34,622 bases of DNA from a virus. Taxonomy: Duplodnaviria; Caudoviricetes. The notes beneath the pieces were generated by a model, which saw only the letters and a list, made by a program, of their open reading frames with translations, was not told the origin of the DNA and did not search any database. A program made the translations under genes and the position numbers. Numbering within the stretch: the first letter of the stretch is position 1; each line of letters starts with the position of its first letter. The DNA lies in the IMG/VR virus record IMGVR_UViG_3300014655_000006, positions 1 to 34,622 of that record. One strand, written 5' to 3'. Of this stretch, positions 1 to 8,341 are shown piece after piece.

Positions 1-1
1 G

Positions 2-325
2 AGGGTGGAGATAAAGGGGCGTGTCTGTCAGGAGGCGATGCTGCCCGACGGTGGTCGCAAGCTTCCCGTCAAGCTGGGTGTTCCTACCGTGGTCGGGGGG
101 AACACCTTGGAGGAGGAGTTCGAGAGGGGGAGGGTGGTCAGGAAGAACGGGTGGAAGTTCTACACCATCTACGCCATCACGCACATGTTCTGTGAGGGCC
201 TCTCCGGTGCGGGCCACTTCGTGCCCTACGACAAGGCCAAGATAAGGTCGGCTGGGAAGAAGTTTAGGGAGTCCATTTCCCAGCATCAATATGCAGAGAT
301 TGTTATGAGGCAAAGGGATATATAA
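2..325 (+). CDS. hypothetical protein, probably 5'-truncated by the window edge
   Basis: Frame is open from position 2 to TAA at 323-325 with phage-like codon usage; no recognisable motif. Confidence 0.6.
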   Translation, partial: RVEIKGRVCQEAMLPDGGRKLPVKLGVPTVVGGNTLEEEFERGRVVRKNGWKFYTIYAITHMFCEGLSGAGHFVPYDKAKIRSAGKKFRESISQHQYAEIVMRQRDI

Positions 326-358
326 ACCCCATTGACCTATGGGTTACACTGCTTATAT

Positions 359-562
359 ATGAAGACGTACGAAGTGATCCCTGATGAGATGGTACAGGAG
401 CTGGGGTACGGAGACCTCAATCTCAACGACGGGCCTGCGGTGGCCGTCATGGAGGTCACTCCGAGGGGTGACTACACGGGAGACCTTTTTTATCTGGTGC
501 CGGCCAAGAAGATCCCTTCCCACGCTCCGGACCCTCGGCAGTATCAACTGCCGATGATTTAA
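359..562 (+). CDS. small hypothetical protein (MKTYEVIPDEM...)
   Basis: ATG at 359 follows an AT-rich gap containing TACACT (345-350); preferred over the TTG at 332; ends TAA 3 nt before the next gene. Confidence 0.6.
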   Translation: MKTYEVIPDEMVQELGYGDLNLNDGPAVAVMEVTPRGDYTGDLFYLVPAKKIPSHAPDPRQYQLPMI

Positions 563-565
563 TAT

Positions 566-1438
566 ATGAACACATCCGGAGTATTCACCACCCACAAGTA
601 CAGGATCCCTCTTCAGGATCAGAGTCCGCTAAGGTTAGTGATCTTCGGAGATGTCCATAGGGACTCTCCCAACTTCGCCCACAACCGGTGGGAGGAGTTT
701 CTCGACTACGCCAAGGGTCTCCCCAAGTCGACCCGCTTCCTTGGGATGGGTGACTACATCGACTCGATGAGCGCCTCAGAGAGGAAGGCTCTCATGGCCG
801 CCTCGTTCCACGAGGGGACGACGGTTGACCTGACGCACCTCGCACAGGGGAAGGTAAAGACCCTGACCAACGAGTTGTCCTTTATGAAGGGGCGCCTGAT
901 CGGGCTGATCAACGGCAACCACTTCTTCCTCGACCCTGGAACGGGCATCAACTCGGACCAGATGCTGGCCCAGGCGCTTGGCTGCAAGTACCTTGGGGTG
1001 TCCTCGTTCATCCGCTTGGAGTTTGTGATCGCCAAGACCACGGTCATCACCTACGACCTGTGGGCGCACCACGGCGCCGGAGGGGGAAAGCGTGTGGGCG
1101 GCTCCCTGAACAGGGTGGACGACATGCGTGACCACGCCGAGGCCGATGTGTATCTGATGGGACACGACCACAAGAAGGGTGTCTGGCCGGCCACGCCCCG
1201 CATGCAGTTGGTGAACGGCAACGGCATCCTGAGGGTCAGGGAGCGTCAGGCGTACCTTGTGCGCTCCGGCTCGTTCCTGAAGAGTTACGAGGACGGTGAG
1301 ACCTCCTACAATGTCGATTCCTGCCGTGGGCCCTCCTCCTTGGGGCATGTGGAGCTGGAGTTGACCTTCCGCAGGAGTGGAGGCAGGAAGCCTGGAGAGT
1401 CCCGCCACTACGTCATTGAGACCAGGGGGATCGCATGA
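566..1438 (+). CDS. calcineurin-like metallophosphoesterase
   Basis: Metal-binding motifs in order: GDVH, GDYID, GNH, HHG, GHDH. Confidence 0.9.
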   Translation: MNTSGVFTTHKYRIPLQDQSPLRLVIFGDVHRDSPNFAHNRWEEFLDYAKGLPKSTRFLGMGDYIDSMSASERKALMAASFHEGTTVDLTHLAQGKVKTLTNELSFMKGRLIGLINGNHFFLDPGTGINSDQMLAQALGCKYLGVSSFIRLEFVIAKTTVITYDLWAHHGAGGGKRVGGSLNRVDDMRDHAEADVYLMGHDHKKGVWPATPRMQLVNGNGILRVRERQAYLVRSGSFLKSYEDGETSYNVDSCRGPSSLGHVELELTFRRSGGRKPGESRHYVIETRGIA

Positions 1439-1626
1439 ACCCCAAGAACTCACCCCTTTCTGCCGAGGAGACCACCAAGTTGGGCGGATCCCTCCCTCCC
1501 CCTGCCAAGACTCCTGAGGAGGTCCGGAAGGAGAAGGACCACTCCGAGGTGATGAGGGCCCTTTGCGGGGGCATCTACATGCCTGGGACGGGAGAGAGCG
1601 TGTACATCAGGAGGCACAAGCGATGA
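1435..1626 (+). CDS. small hypothetical protein
   Basis: ATGA overlaps with both neighbouring genes (translational coupling). Confidence 0.6.
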   Translation: MNPKNSPLSAEETTKLGGSLPPPAKTPEEVRKEKDHSEVMRALCGGIYMPGTGESVYIRRHKR

Positions 1627-2105
1627 GCGTCAACATCAACAACGTCATCACCTCGGCCGTCATCACGGCCCAGTCGTGCAACTCCACGGGCACCTACATC
1701 ATCAACTCGGGAAGCCCCATCCAGGCCCCGTACACGACGGATGGGTACATCTGGACGCAGACAACCTACCCGCCCACTGGCATCCAGATTGACCCCCAGC
1801 CCCTGAACAACGGGCTGGTCATCGTTGGGTACGACCCGTCTGGCAACCCCATCTGGGGACCTCCTCCCGTTGGTACATTCACCTGGCCCCAGCCGCAGAC
1901 CATCTTCACGCCGGCGACCACCCTCCAGAAGATGAAGGAGGAGTTGGAGGATGTGGACAACAAGGAGAAGCCCGTGATCCGGCAGCACCTGAAGGAGATG
2001 CTGGAGCGTGACCCTACGGAGGATGAGGTGGAGCAGTTCCGCCAGGCCCTCTGGTGCATCTTCCTGCGCAAGCCTGTGCAGGGTGTGCAGGTGCTTGATT
2101 TCTAG
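1623..2105 (+). CDS. hypothetical protein (Thr/Pro/Ile-rich N-terminus, charged helical C-terminus)
   Basis: ATG at 1623 overlaps the previous TGA; ends in TAG (2103-2105) whose G is the first base of the tRNA. Confidence 0.7.
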   Translation: MSVNINNVITSAVITAQSCNSTGTYIINSGSPIQAPYTTDGYIWTQTTYPPTGIQIDPQPLNNGLVIVGYDPSGNPIWGPPPVGTFTWPQPQTIFTPATTLQKMKEELEDVDNKEKPVIRQHLKEMLERDPTEDEVEQFRQALWCIFLRKPVQGVQVLDF

Positions 2106-2180
2106 CACCCATCGTCTAACGGCTAAGACGTTCCTCTCTAAAAGGAAACATGAGGGTTCGATCCCCTCTGGGCTGCGCCA
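2105..2180 (+). tRNA. amber suppressor-type tRNA (anticodon CUA) with a tRNA-Glu-like body and encoded CCA
   Basis: Cloverleaf: acceptor GCACCCA/TGGG(C)TGC with a 1-nt bulge, D stem GTCT/AGAC, anticodon stem TTCCT/AGGAA with loop CT-CTA-AA (anticodon 2138-2140), 4-nt variable loop, T stem GAGGG/CCCTC with TTCGATC loop, discriminator G, CCA at 2178-2180. Confidence 0.88.
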
Positions 2181-2196
2181 GAAAGTTACGGGGCTG

Positions 2197-2207
2197 CCGA
2201 TAATATA
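2197..2207 (+). promoter_or_regulatory. putative late promoter CCGATAATATA (sigma-28-like -10)
   Basis: GCCGATAATATA; ATG at +14 (2211). Confidence 0.8.
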
Positions 2208-2210
2208 AGC

Positions 2211-2552
2211 ATGTCCTCACCCGAGAATTTTGAGCCTTCTAGCCTGCAGGCCGTACTTGCAACTATAATCGCCGAAGGTCGTTCACGAGACCAGAAGCAA
2301 GATCTTCAGTTCGAATCAATTAAGAACGAGATCAGGGAGAACAAGCGTGTCCTTGAGTCCACGAATGAGCATCTCATCGTCTGGCAGAAGAAGCAGGATG
2401 ACCGGCTCGAGTTGGTCGAGCAGGCGGCCGATGAGCAGCACGGTGCGGTTCGTGTCCTGAAGTGGATAGGCGGGGCGGCCGTGGGGATGTTCAGCATCTT
2501 GGAGGGCTACCGTACATTCTTCGGAGGCAACCCTCCGCTGAACAAGCCGTGA
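2211..2552 (+). CDS. coiled-coil protein with C-terminal membrane helix (holin/XhlA-like candidate)
   Basis: Charged helical region followed by hydrophobic VLKWIGGAAVGMFSILEG; lies behind a late motif. Confidence 0.6.
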   Translation: MSSPENFEPSSLQAVLATIIAEGRSRDQKQDLQFESIKNEIRENKRVLESTNEHLIVWQKKQDDRLELVEQAADEQHGAVRVLKWIGGAAVGMFSILEGYRTFFGGNPPLNKP

Positions 2553-2731
2553 GTTTCAAGTTCCTCAGCTGGCGTATCTCGTTGGGGGTATCTGGGATAA
2601 TGGGGGTTGGGTCTTTTGTGTATGCACATTATCTGCTGAACCCCTCTTGGGTGTGGGATGCCAAGTATGCCCTATTCTCTTTAGTGATAGTGACTTCCAC
2701 ACATCTGGCACACACCAAGGTCTCGAGTTGA
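2549..2731 (+). CDS. small two-TM membrane protein
   Basis: GTGA overlap with the previous stop; 60 aa with two hydrophobic segments. Confidence 0.5.
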   Translation: MSFKFLSWRISLGVSGIMGVGSFVYAHYLLNPSWVWDAKYALFSLVIVTSTHLAHTKVSS

Positions 2732-2737
2732 CCCGTC

Positions 2738-2746
2738 TGGTACAAT
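2738..2746 (+). promoter_or_regulatory. putative host sigma-70 extended -10 promoter (TGnTACAAT)
   Basis: TG-G-TACAAT in the intergenic gap, 6 nt before the GTG at 2753 (leaderless geometry). Confidence 0.5.
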
Positions 2747-2752
2747 CCAGTT

Positions 2753-3154
2753 GTGAAGAGAAAGAAGATCAACAAGTTCTGCTCTGACGTATGGAAGGGA
2801 CGCAAGCGGCCTGCAAGCGGGGACTCTCAGAGGGCCCGTGACTGGGAGATCCTGGCGGGCCTGAACCAGAAGTCCCACTCCTCCCGTGTTATTGTCAGCT
2901 GCCCCGCTTCCTTTATGCTTAAGGCAGACAAGGTTGCGGCATCCAGGGGCATAAGCCGAGCCGAGTTGCTGCGCCGAGTGGGGGAGCCCTCCCCCTACAC
3001 CCTTGGCCAGTCTTTCTGGGATGACGACCAGCTTGTGTGGTGGACTCAGGTGATGCTCAAGGATGAAGAGGTTGGTCTTATCAAGGGCTCCACGGACTTC
3101 GAGTCAAGGGAACGTGCCGAATCTATTATCAGGGACGCCTTTTATCTACCATGA
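2753..3154 (+). CDS. putative ribbon-helix-helix (CopG-like) DNA-binding protein
   Basis: RVIVSCPASFMLKADKVAASRGISRAELLRR fits the RHH strand-helix-G-x-S-R-x-E-helix pattern; basic N-terminus. Confidence 0.6.
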   Translation: MKRKKINKFCSDVWKGRKRPASGDSQRARDWEILAGLNQKSHSSRVIVSCPASFMLKADKVAASRGISRAELLRRVGEPSPYTLGQSFWDDDQLVWWTQVMLKDEEVGLIKGSTDFESRERAESIIRDAFYLP

Positions 3155-3495
3155 ACTTCAAGGAAATACGACACTACCTTCTGAGTCTGGCCCTCATCGA
3201 GTGTGAGGCGGCCAAGGGACACGACTGCGGGGAGTGGGAGGGCAACACCGAGGTGAAGGGGACGGACAAGACGTGGACCTGCGTGTGCGAGTTCACCGTG
3301 CCCGAGGCTGAGGAGTGGCATCGTGTGGGCAACTGGGAGCCTGCCAAGGAGAGGATCCGCCTCAGGGTGGCCTACTGGAACAAGGTGGTGGGGGAGAAGA
3401 GGGTCATCTGCAAGTTGCGCCCCTCCATAGATAACGGAGTCCCGAACGACACGATCAGGATGTACTTCATGGCCGTAGTCCGGCTCACCCCATGA
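3151..3495 (+). CDS. hypothetical protein
   Basis: ATGA overlaps on both sides. Confidence 0.7.
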   Translation: MNFKEIRHYLLSLALIECEAAKGHDCGEWEGNTEVKGTDKTWTCVCEFTVPEAEEWHRVGNWEPAKERIRLRVAYWNKVVGEKRVICKLRPSIDNGVPNDTIRMYFMAVVRLTP

Positions 3496-3923
3496 CCGAC
3501 GAACTCGAGAGGATGGAGGGTTCTCCCATCAAGAAGACCAGGGCTGTGGCCCCTCGCATGAGCCCCAACGAGGAGAAGGAGTATCTGGAGGTTGCCAAGA
3601 AGTACTTGAACAGCCCCGAGGGTCTGATGAAGCTGTCCAAGTTCTACACTCCGGCCCTGTTCAAGCGCCTGCTGGAGCTGACCCAGTCCCCCAACGAGGC
3701 CGTGGCCCTGAACGCCATCAAGGAGCTTCTCCTTCGTGGGCATGGGTCTGTCACGGTTGCCCCTTCTTCCATGGACGTGGTGGTGACGGATGACGACATT
3801 GAGAAGCGTATCGCCAAGGCCAGGTCCAAGGGTGGTCTGACGGTTAACGTTGAGTTTGACGGGCCGCTGGGAGGGCCCTTGGATCCCAATGCGCCTGGAC
3901 CTGTCCAACCGCCTGCCGTTTAA
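3492..3923 (+). CDS. probable terminase small subunit
   Basis: YTPALFKRLLEL...AVALNAIKELLLRGHG helical-hairpin pattern seen in many TerS-like proteins; upstream of TerL. Confidence 0.6.
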   Translation: MTDELERMEGSPIKKTRAVAPRMSPNEEKEYLEVAKKYLNSPEGLMKLSKFYTPALFKRLLELTQSPNEAVALNAIKELLLRGHGSVTVAPSSMDVVVTDDDIEKRIAKARSKGGLTVNVEFDGPLGGPLDPNAPGPVQPPAV

Positions 3924-4239
3924 GGTGGATGTCGGGGGTATCACCATCCAGCCGTTCCGTACCATCTACAAGGATGTCCCTGACAAGCTCGATGTGGATG
4001 GCACCCTGATCACCCAGGTGATGCTGGAGGCCAAGGTCAGGCTCTGGGAGGTCATCTCCCAGCTGCACATGACCAACGACCGATACTACATACAGACCGT
4101 ACACACCGAATATGGACACCGCATCTACGTTTCAGACGACCACAAGGCCCTTCTCGGGGTCTTCTACATCGAGGTAATCTATGGCGACCCAGAAAAGAGC
4201 CCCGAAGCTCCCCCTTCGTCCGGACCCGGTAACGGTTGA
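3889..4239 (+). CDS. hypothetical protein between TerS and TerL
   Basis: Open frame with typical codon usage filling the TerS-TerL gap; start uncertain (ATG 3889 or GTG 3925). Confidence 0.6.
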   Translation: MRLDLSNRLPFKVDVGGITIQPFRTIYKDVPDKLDVDGTLITQVMLEAKVRLWEVISQLHMTNDRYYIQTVHTEYGHRIYVSDDHKALLGVFYIEVIYGDPEKSPEAPPSSGPGNG

Positions 4240-5719
4240 TTTCCCGACGTTCTTCGAGTTCTACTTCATGCCTGGCATGGGGATAGACATACCCATCCTT
4301 GACATCCATAGGAAGGCCTGCCGCCACCTTCAGGACGCCTACCTTGGAGACAACAAGAACGTGGAGGGTGACCCCATCCAGTTCTATGTGATGAACATGC
4401 CTCCCCGAATCGGGAAGACGGTCATGATCCTGGCGTTCATCGCCTGGGGGTTCACCATCAACCCCAAGAGCAAGTGGATCTACGCCTCGTACACCCAGAC
4501 GGTTGCGGACAGCAAGTGCCTTGACCTGCAGCGCTACATGGAGTCCGACTGGTATCAGCGCAACTTCAACGTCCGGTTTGGCGCCGTTCGCAGGGCCGAC
4601 CAGTTCCGTACATCGGAGTGTGGTGAGGTAAGGGCGGCCGGTAACGACGCCTCTATCACCGGCTTCGGCGCCGGACACAAGATGAAGCTCCACAACGGCT
4701 GCTTCATCTTCGACGACCCCGCCAACCCCAACCAGGCCGCCTCCCCCGTGGAGACTGCCAAGCTGATCAAGTGGTTCGGCGACACGGCCCTCTCCCGTCG
4801 TGAGTCCCCTCTCACCACCCCCATGATCATAGTGCAGCAGAGGCTGGCGGTGAACGACCTGAGCGGGTACATCTGCAAGACCTACAAGGATGTCTGCCTT
4901 CATATCACCTTCCCCGCCCTGGTCAAGGATGACAAGGACCAGTGGGTGAGCACCATCAAGGAGTCTCAGCCTGTCAAGGACCTCCTGCGCATGAAGGAGA
5001 ACCAGCCCCTGGTCTTCAACGCCCAGTACCAGCAGGAGCCCATCCTCGAGGGGGGAAACATGATTCCGGTCAACCGGATCCAGTACTACGACGAGCGTCC
5101 GGAGGACATCGAGAAGATGGACTACGAGGCCAAGTTCATCACCACGGATACGGCCATGATGACCAAGCAGTCCAACGACTACTCTGTCCTCATGTGCTGG
5201 GTCAAGATGGGGTCCAAGGCCTACCTGATTGACATGCTGCGCGGCCGGTGGGAGAGCCCCCAGCTCACCGCCCTCATGGCCGAGTTCTACAAGAAGCACA
5301 CGGAGAACGGGAAGCCAGTCCGGAGGATCATCATTGAGGAGGCCCTGTGCGGGCTGAACTACCTCCAGTCCCTCGTGCAGGCAGGCTTGCCGGCCGAGGG
5401 CATCAAGCGCACCAAGGACAAGTCCGCACGCGTCTCGGACATCCTGGTCTACGTCTTCAACGGCCAGGTGTTCCTTCCCAGGGCCTACGATCCGGTCAAG
5501 GGCACCGGCTCGCACTTCACCAAGGACCTTCTGGACGAGCTGCTGGTCTTCAAGAAGGACGGGAACAACGACTTTGACGACCAGGTGGACGCCTTTTCTG
5601 ATGGTGTATCCGCCTGCCTTGCAATGCCTTTGACCACCTTCGACACCATGGGGAGGATGAAGGATCCCAGGTTCGGCAGGGCAACGGGTAAGGGAAGCTT
5701 CCTGTCATACAATGTTTGA
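4181..5719 (+). CDS. terL: terminase large subunit
   Basis: Walker A NMPPRIGKT, Walker B FIFDDP, AQYQQEP linker, nuclease acidic motifs DTAM..KQSNDYS and DDQVDA. Confidence 0.95.
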   Translation: MATQKRAPKLPLRPDPVTVDFPTFFEFYFMPGMGIDIPILDIHRKACRHLQDAYLGDNKNVEGDPIQFYVMNMPPRIGKTVMILAFIAWGFTINPKSKWIYASYTQTVADSKCLDLQRYMESDWYQRNFNVRFGAVRRADQFRTSECGEVRAAGNDASITGFGAGHKMKLHNGCFIFDDPANPNQAASPVETAKLIKWFGDTALSRRESPLTTPMIIVQQRLAVNDLSGYICKTYKDVCLHITFPALVKDDKDQWVSTIKESQPVKDLLRMKENQPLVFNAQYQQEPILEGGNMIPVNRIQYYDERPEDIEKMDYEAKFITTDTAMMTKQSNDYSVLMCWVKMGSKAYLIDMLRGRWESPQLTALMAEFYKKHTENGKPVRRIIIEEALCGLNYLQSLVQAGLPAEGIKRTKDKSARVSDILVYVFNGQVFLPRAYDPVKGTGSHFTKDLLDELLVFKKDGNNDFDDQVDAFSDGVSACLAMPLTTFDTMGRMKDPRFGRATGKGSFLSYNV

Positions 5720-5740
5720 CCGAAAAGGGCTGGAAACGCT

Positions 5741-5751
5741 CCGATAATATA
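5741..5751 (+). promoter_or_regulatory. putative late promoter CCGATAATATA
   Basis: Exact motif; ATG of portal at +14 (5755). Confidence 0.8.
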
Positions 5752-5754
5752 GGT

Positions 5755-7392
5755 ATGGCGAAGACCACACCTAAGATAAACCGAGCGGAACTCAAGCGCC
5801 TGGCGGAGGTTATACCCGAGGGCCAGAGGCTGAACGAGCTTAGGGCAGCCATCAAGGACCTTCGCACGGAGTTGTCGGCCATGCCCGAGAAGAGGGAGCA
5901 GATCAGGACCAACGATATGGCCGACCTGGTGGCCGGCCTCGGGGACCAGTTCAGCGGAGTCTACGGAGCCCAGCAGTACTCCAACCAGCCCCGCATGCAG
6001 CCCTACACGCTGTCGGGTTCGAGCAACTTCGCCCAGATCACCCTGGACCGCGTCATGCTCACGGCGGCCTATACCAGCCAGCAGCTAGTGGCCCTGCTCT
6101 GCGACTTGGTGGTTGATGATGCCATGTCGGGAAAGATTGAGTTTGAGACAGACGATGAGCTCGACCCCAAGGAGCTGAGGAGGCTCCAGCAGGAACTCTA
6201 CGCTCCCCGCCTTGGTATTCGTGGTGGTACTACCAACATCATGCAGGAGGAGATTGAGGGTGTGCGAAAGCCCCTCATCACCGACACCGGCCCGTCCCAT
6301 GCCGAGTGCATCAAGTTCTGCAGGAAGATGACCCGTCTCTTTGGCGGTGGGGGACTGATCATCAACACGGATCAGGACTACCGCGAGCCGTTCGACATCG
6401 AGAAGATCCGTCCGGATTCCCCCTTGGAGTTCATCCCGTGCGACCGCTGGGAGATTTCCCTGATGTCGACGAACCTGTTTGGGTACGACAAGACTCCGTT
6501 CAACTACTACGGGGTGCCGGTGAACAGGACCCGCTGCATGATCTTCAAGGGCAAGGAGGCCCCGTCCCTCGTGCGCCAGCGCCTGCAGGGCTATGGCCTC
6601 TCCGTGCTCGAGCCTTGCATCGGCGCCATCAACGCGTTCATGCGTTTCGAGAACCTGATGTTCGAACTTTTGGGGCAGGCCAAAATTGATGTTTACAAGA
6701 TCAACGGCTTTACTACCTTGCTTGGAACACCTTCTGGAACCGCTCAAGCTCAGCAGCGCATCATGATGGCGAACGCCATGAAGTCGTTCACCGACGCCGT
6801 GATGATCGACAAGAACGACGACTACGAGCAGAAGAAGATGACCTTCGCCGGCATGGCCGAGATCTGGAACGAACTCCGCCGCAACCTTGCCGCCTACCTC
6901 TGCATCCCCATGACCAAGTTGTTCGGGGAGAGTGCGGGAGGCTTCAGCTCCGGTGCTGACTCCCTGCAGAACTGGAACGCCACGGTTGAGATTGAGCGCA
7001 CCCAGATCGAGCCGGCCATCCTGCTCGTTGGCAAGCTCCTCTCCAAGTCCATCTTCGGCTATGTGCCGGAGACCCTGCGCGTCAAGTGGACGAGCCTCCG
7101 CTCCCTCGACGGGGTCCAGGAGCAGCAGGTGCTCACGGCCATCCAGACCCGTGCCGTGGAGCTGTTCAACAACCAGGCCCTCACTGGTGAGGAGATGATG
7201 AAGTGGCTCCAGCAGAAGGGTGTGTTCACCATGGACACGGCGGTTGGCCGTGGCGAGGTGGACATCGTTGCCCCTGCGGTGCGTGCCGAGGATACGGCTG
7301 AGAAGTCGGCCATGGCCAAGTCGGCCCCTGGAACGGGCAAGGATTCCCGTGACAAGGAACGCTCAGTCAAGAAGGACGGCCGCAGTGCATAA
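5755..7392 (+). CDS. portal protein (DUF1073/HI1409 type)
   Basis: Follows TerL; RLFGGG, GYGLSVLE, IPMTKLFGESAGGFSSG..D..NW motifs. Start moved to ATG 5755. Confidence 0.9.
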   Translation: MAKTTPKINRAELKRLAEVIPEGQRLNELRAAIKDLRTELSAMPEKREQIRTNDMADLVAGLGDQFSGVYGAQQYSNQPRMQPYTLSGSSNFAQITLDRVMLTAAYTSQQLVALLCDLVVDDAMSGKIEFETDDELDPKELRRLQQELYAPRLGIRGGTTNIMQEEIEGVRKPLITDTGPSHAECIKFCRKMTRLFGGGGLIINTDQDYREPFDIEKIRPDSPLEFIPCDRWEISLMSTNLFGYDKTPFNYYGVPVNRTRCMIFKGKEAPSLVRQRLQGYGLSVLEPCIGAINAFMRFENLMFELLGQAKIDVYKINGFTTLLGTPSGTAQAQQRIMMANAMKSFTDAVMIDKNDDYEQKKMTFAGMAEIWNELRRNLAAYLCIPMTKLFGESAGGFSSGADSLQNWNATVEIERTQIEPAILLVGKLLSKSIFGYVPETLRVKWTSLRSLDGVQEQQVLTAIQTRAVELFNNQALTGEEMMKWLQQKGVFTMDTAVGRGEVDIVAPAVRAEDTAEKSAMAKSAPGTGKDSRDKERSVKKDGRSA

Positions 7393-8327
7393 TGCCCTCC
7401 TACCTACGACTTCGTGACCCCCGCGCCCATGCCGTGGCTTCCCTGAACAGGGAGGTCATGAAGTGGCTGGACGAGGTGGTGTTCGACCACCTGCAGGAGG
7501 ATGAACTCAGGGAGAACGACGTTGACTCCGCCCTGCTGTCCGCTATCCAGAACAGCGACATAGTCTACTCCGAGGGGGTCTTCTCGGGCAAGTTCAGCTC
7601 CAATACCTCCAAGGCTCTCAGGGAGATCGGAGCCTACATCCACCACGGCAAGTGGAGGGTGGATCCTGCCAAGGTCCCCCATGAACTCATCGGGGCCTTT
7701 ACCCTCTCACGGGACAAGGCTGAGGGAAAGGTGACCAACATCATCAGGACCCTTCGTGACATCTCCTCCAACATGGTCCACGCTCCCCTGGGGATAGACC
7801 TGCGCAAGCATGGGGCTGACATCCTTGCGGTCTTGGACATGCAGTTCAACAAGCACCTGGAGGAGGTTCCCCTGTCCCTCCCCAACAAGGACATGGTGCT
7901 GGACCAGTTCGCCAAGGAGATGCACGAGGAGATAGTAACGGCCGCCGTGGATCAGGTGGACAAGCTGGCCGAGAAGCTGGGTACACTCTCTGAGACTGGG
8001 CGCATGGACAGCCTGTTCGCCTACATCCGTGGCGCCTACATCACCTCCCGCAACGCAGTCTCTGTGAAGATGGAGGACAAGATCAACAGGTTCGCCATGG
8101 ACTGTGTGGAGGAGAAGGCAAGGCTAAGCGGGTCAAACAGTTACGTATGGGTGACCTGCCATGATGACAAGGTGCGCCACTCCCATCGGGTCTTGGATGG
8201 CAAGACTTTCCAGTGGGATGACCCTCCCGAGGTGGCTCCAGGCCGCCACTGCCATCCTGGCCAGGATTACAACTGCCGTTGCTGGGCGGTGCCGGTCCTG
8301 CCGTTCGACCCGAAAGCAAATCCTTAG
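7392..8327 (+). CDS. minor head/head morphogenesis protein (SPP1 gp7 / Mu F-like)
   Basis: C-terminal YVWVTCHDDKVRHSH..LDGKTFQWDDPP...HPGQDYNCRC signature; ends in TAG. Confidence 0.9.
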   Translation: MPSYLRLRDPRAHAVASLNREVMKWLDEVVFDHLQEDELRENDVDSALLSAIQNSDIVYSEGVFSGKFSSNTSKALREIGAYIHHGKWRVDPAKVPHELIGAFTLSRDKAEGKVTNIIRTLRDISSNMVHAPLGIDLRKHGADILAVLDMQFNKHLEEVPLSLPNKDMVLDQFAKEMHEEIVTAAVDQVDKLAEKLGTLSETGRMDSLFAYIRGAYITSRNAVSVKMEDKINRFAMDCVEEKARLSGSNSYVWVTCHDDKVRHSHRVLDGKTFQWDDPPEVAPGRHCHPGQDYNCRCWAVPVLPFDPKANP

Positions 8328-8338
8328 CCGATAATATA
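8328..8338 (+). promoter_or_regulatory. putative late promoter CCGATAATATA
   Basis: GCCGATAATATA (G shared with the upstream TAG); ATG at +14 (8342). Confidence 0.8.
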
Positions 8339-8341
8339 AGC

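Noticed and set aside
2105-2180. Pyrrolysine tRNA (same CUCUAAA anticodon loop)
   Set aside because: It has a canonical D loop with GG, a 5-bp anticodon stem, a TTCGA T loop and two bases between acceptor and D stems, unlike tRNA-Pyl; no pyl genes are in the window.
2160-2200. tRNA 3' end as a prophage attachment site
   Set aside because: No integrase, no duplicate of the tRNA end and phage-like genes on both sides.
5755-7392. Anti-CBASS Acb1 label sometimes attached to DUF1073 proteins
   Set aside because: Size, motifs and position after TerL indicate a portal; no 2H-phosphoesterase domain is evident.
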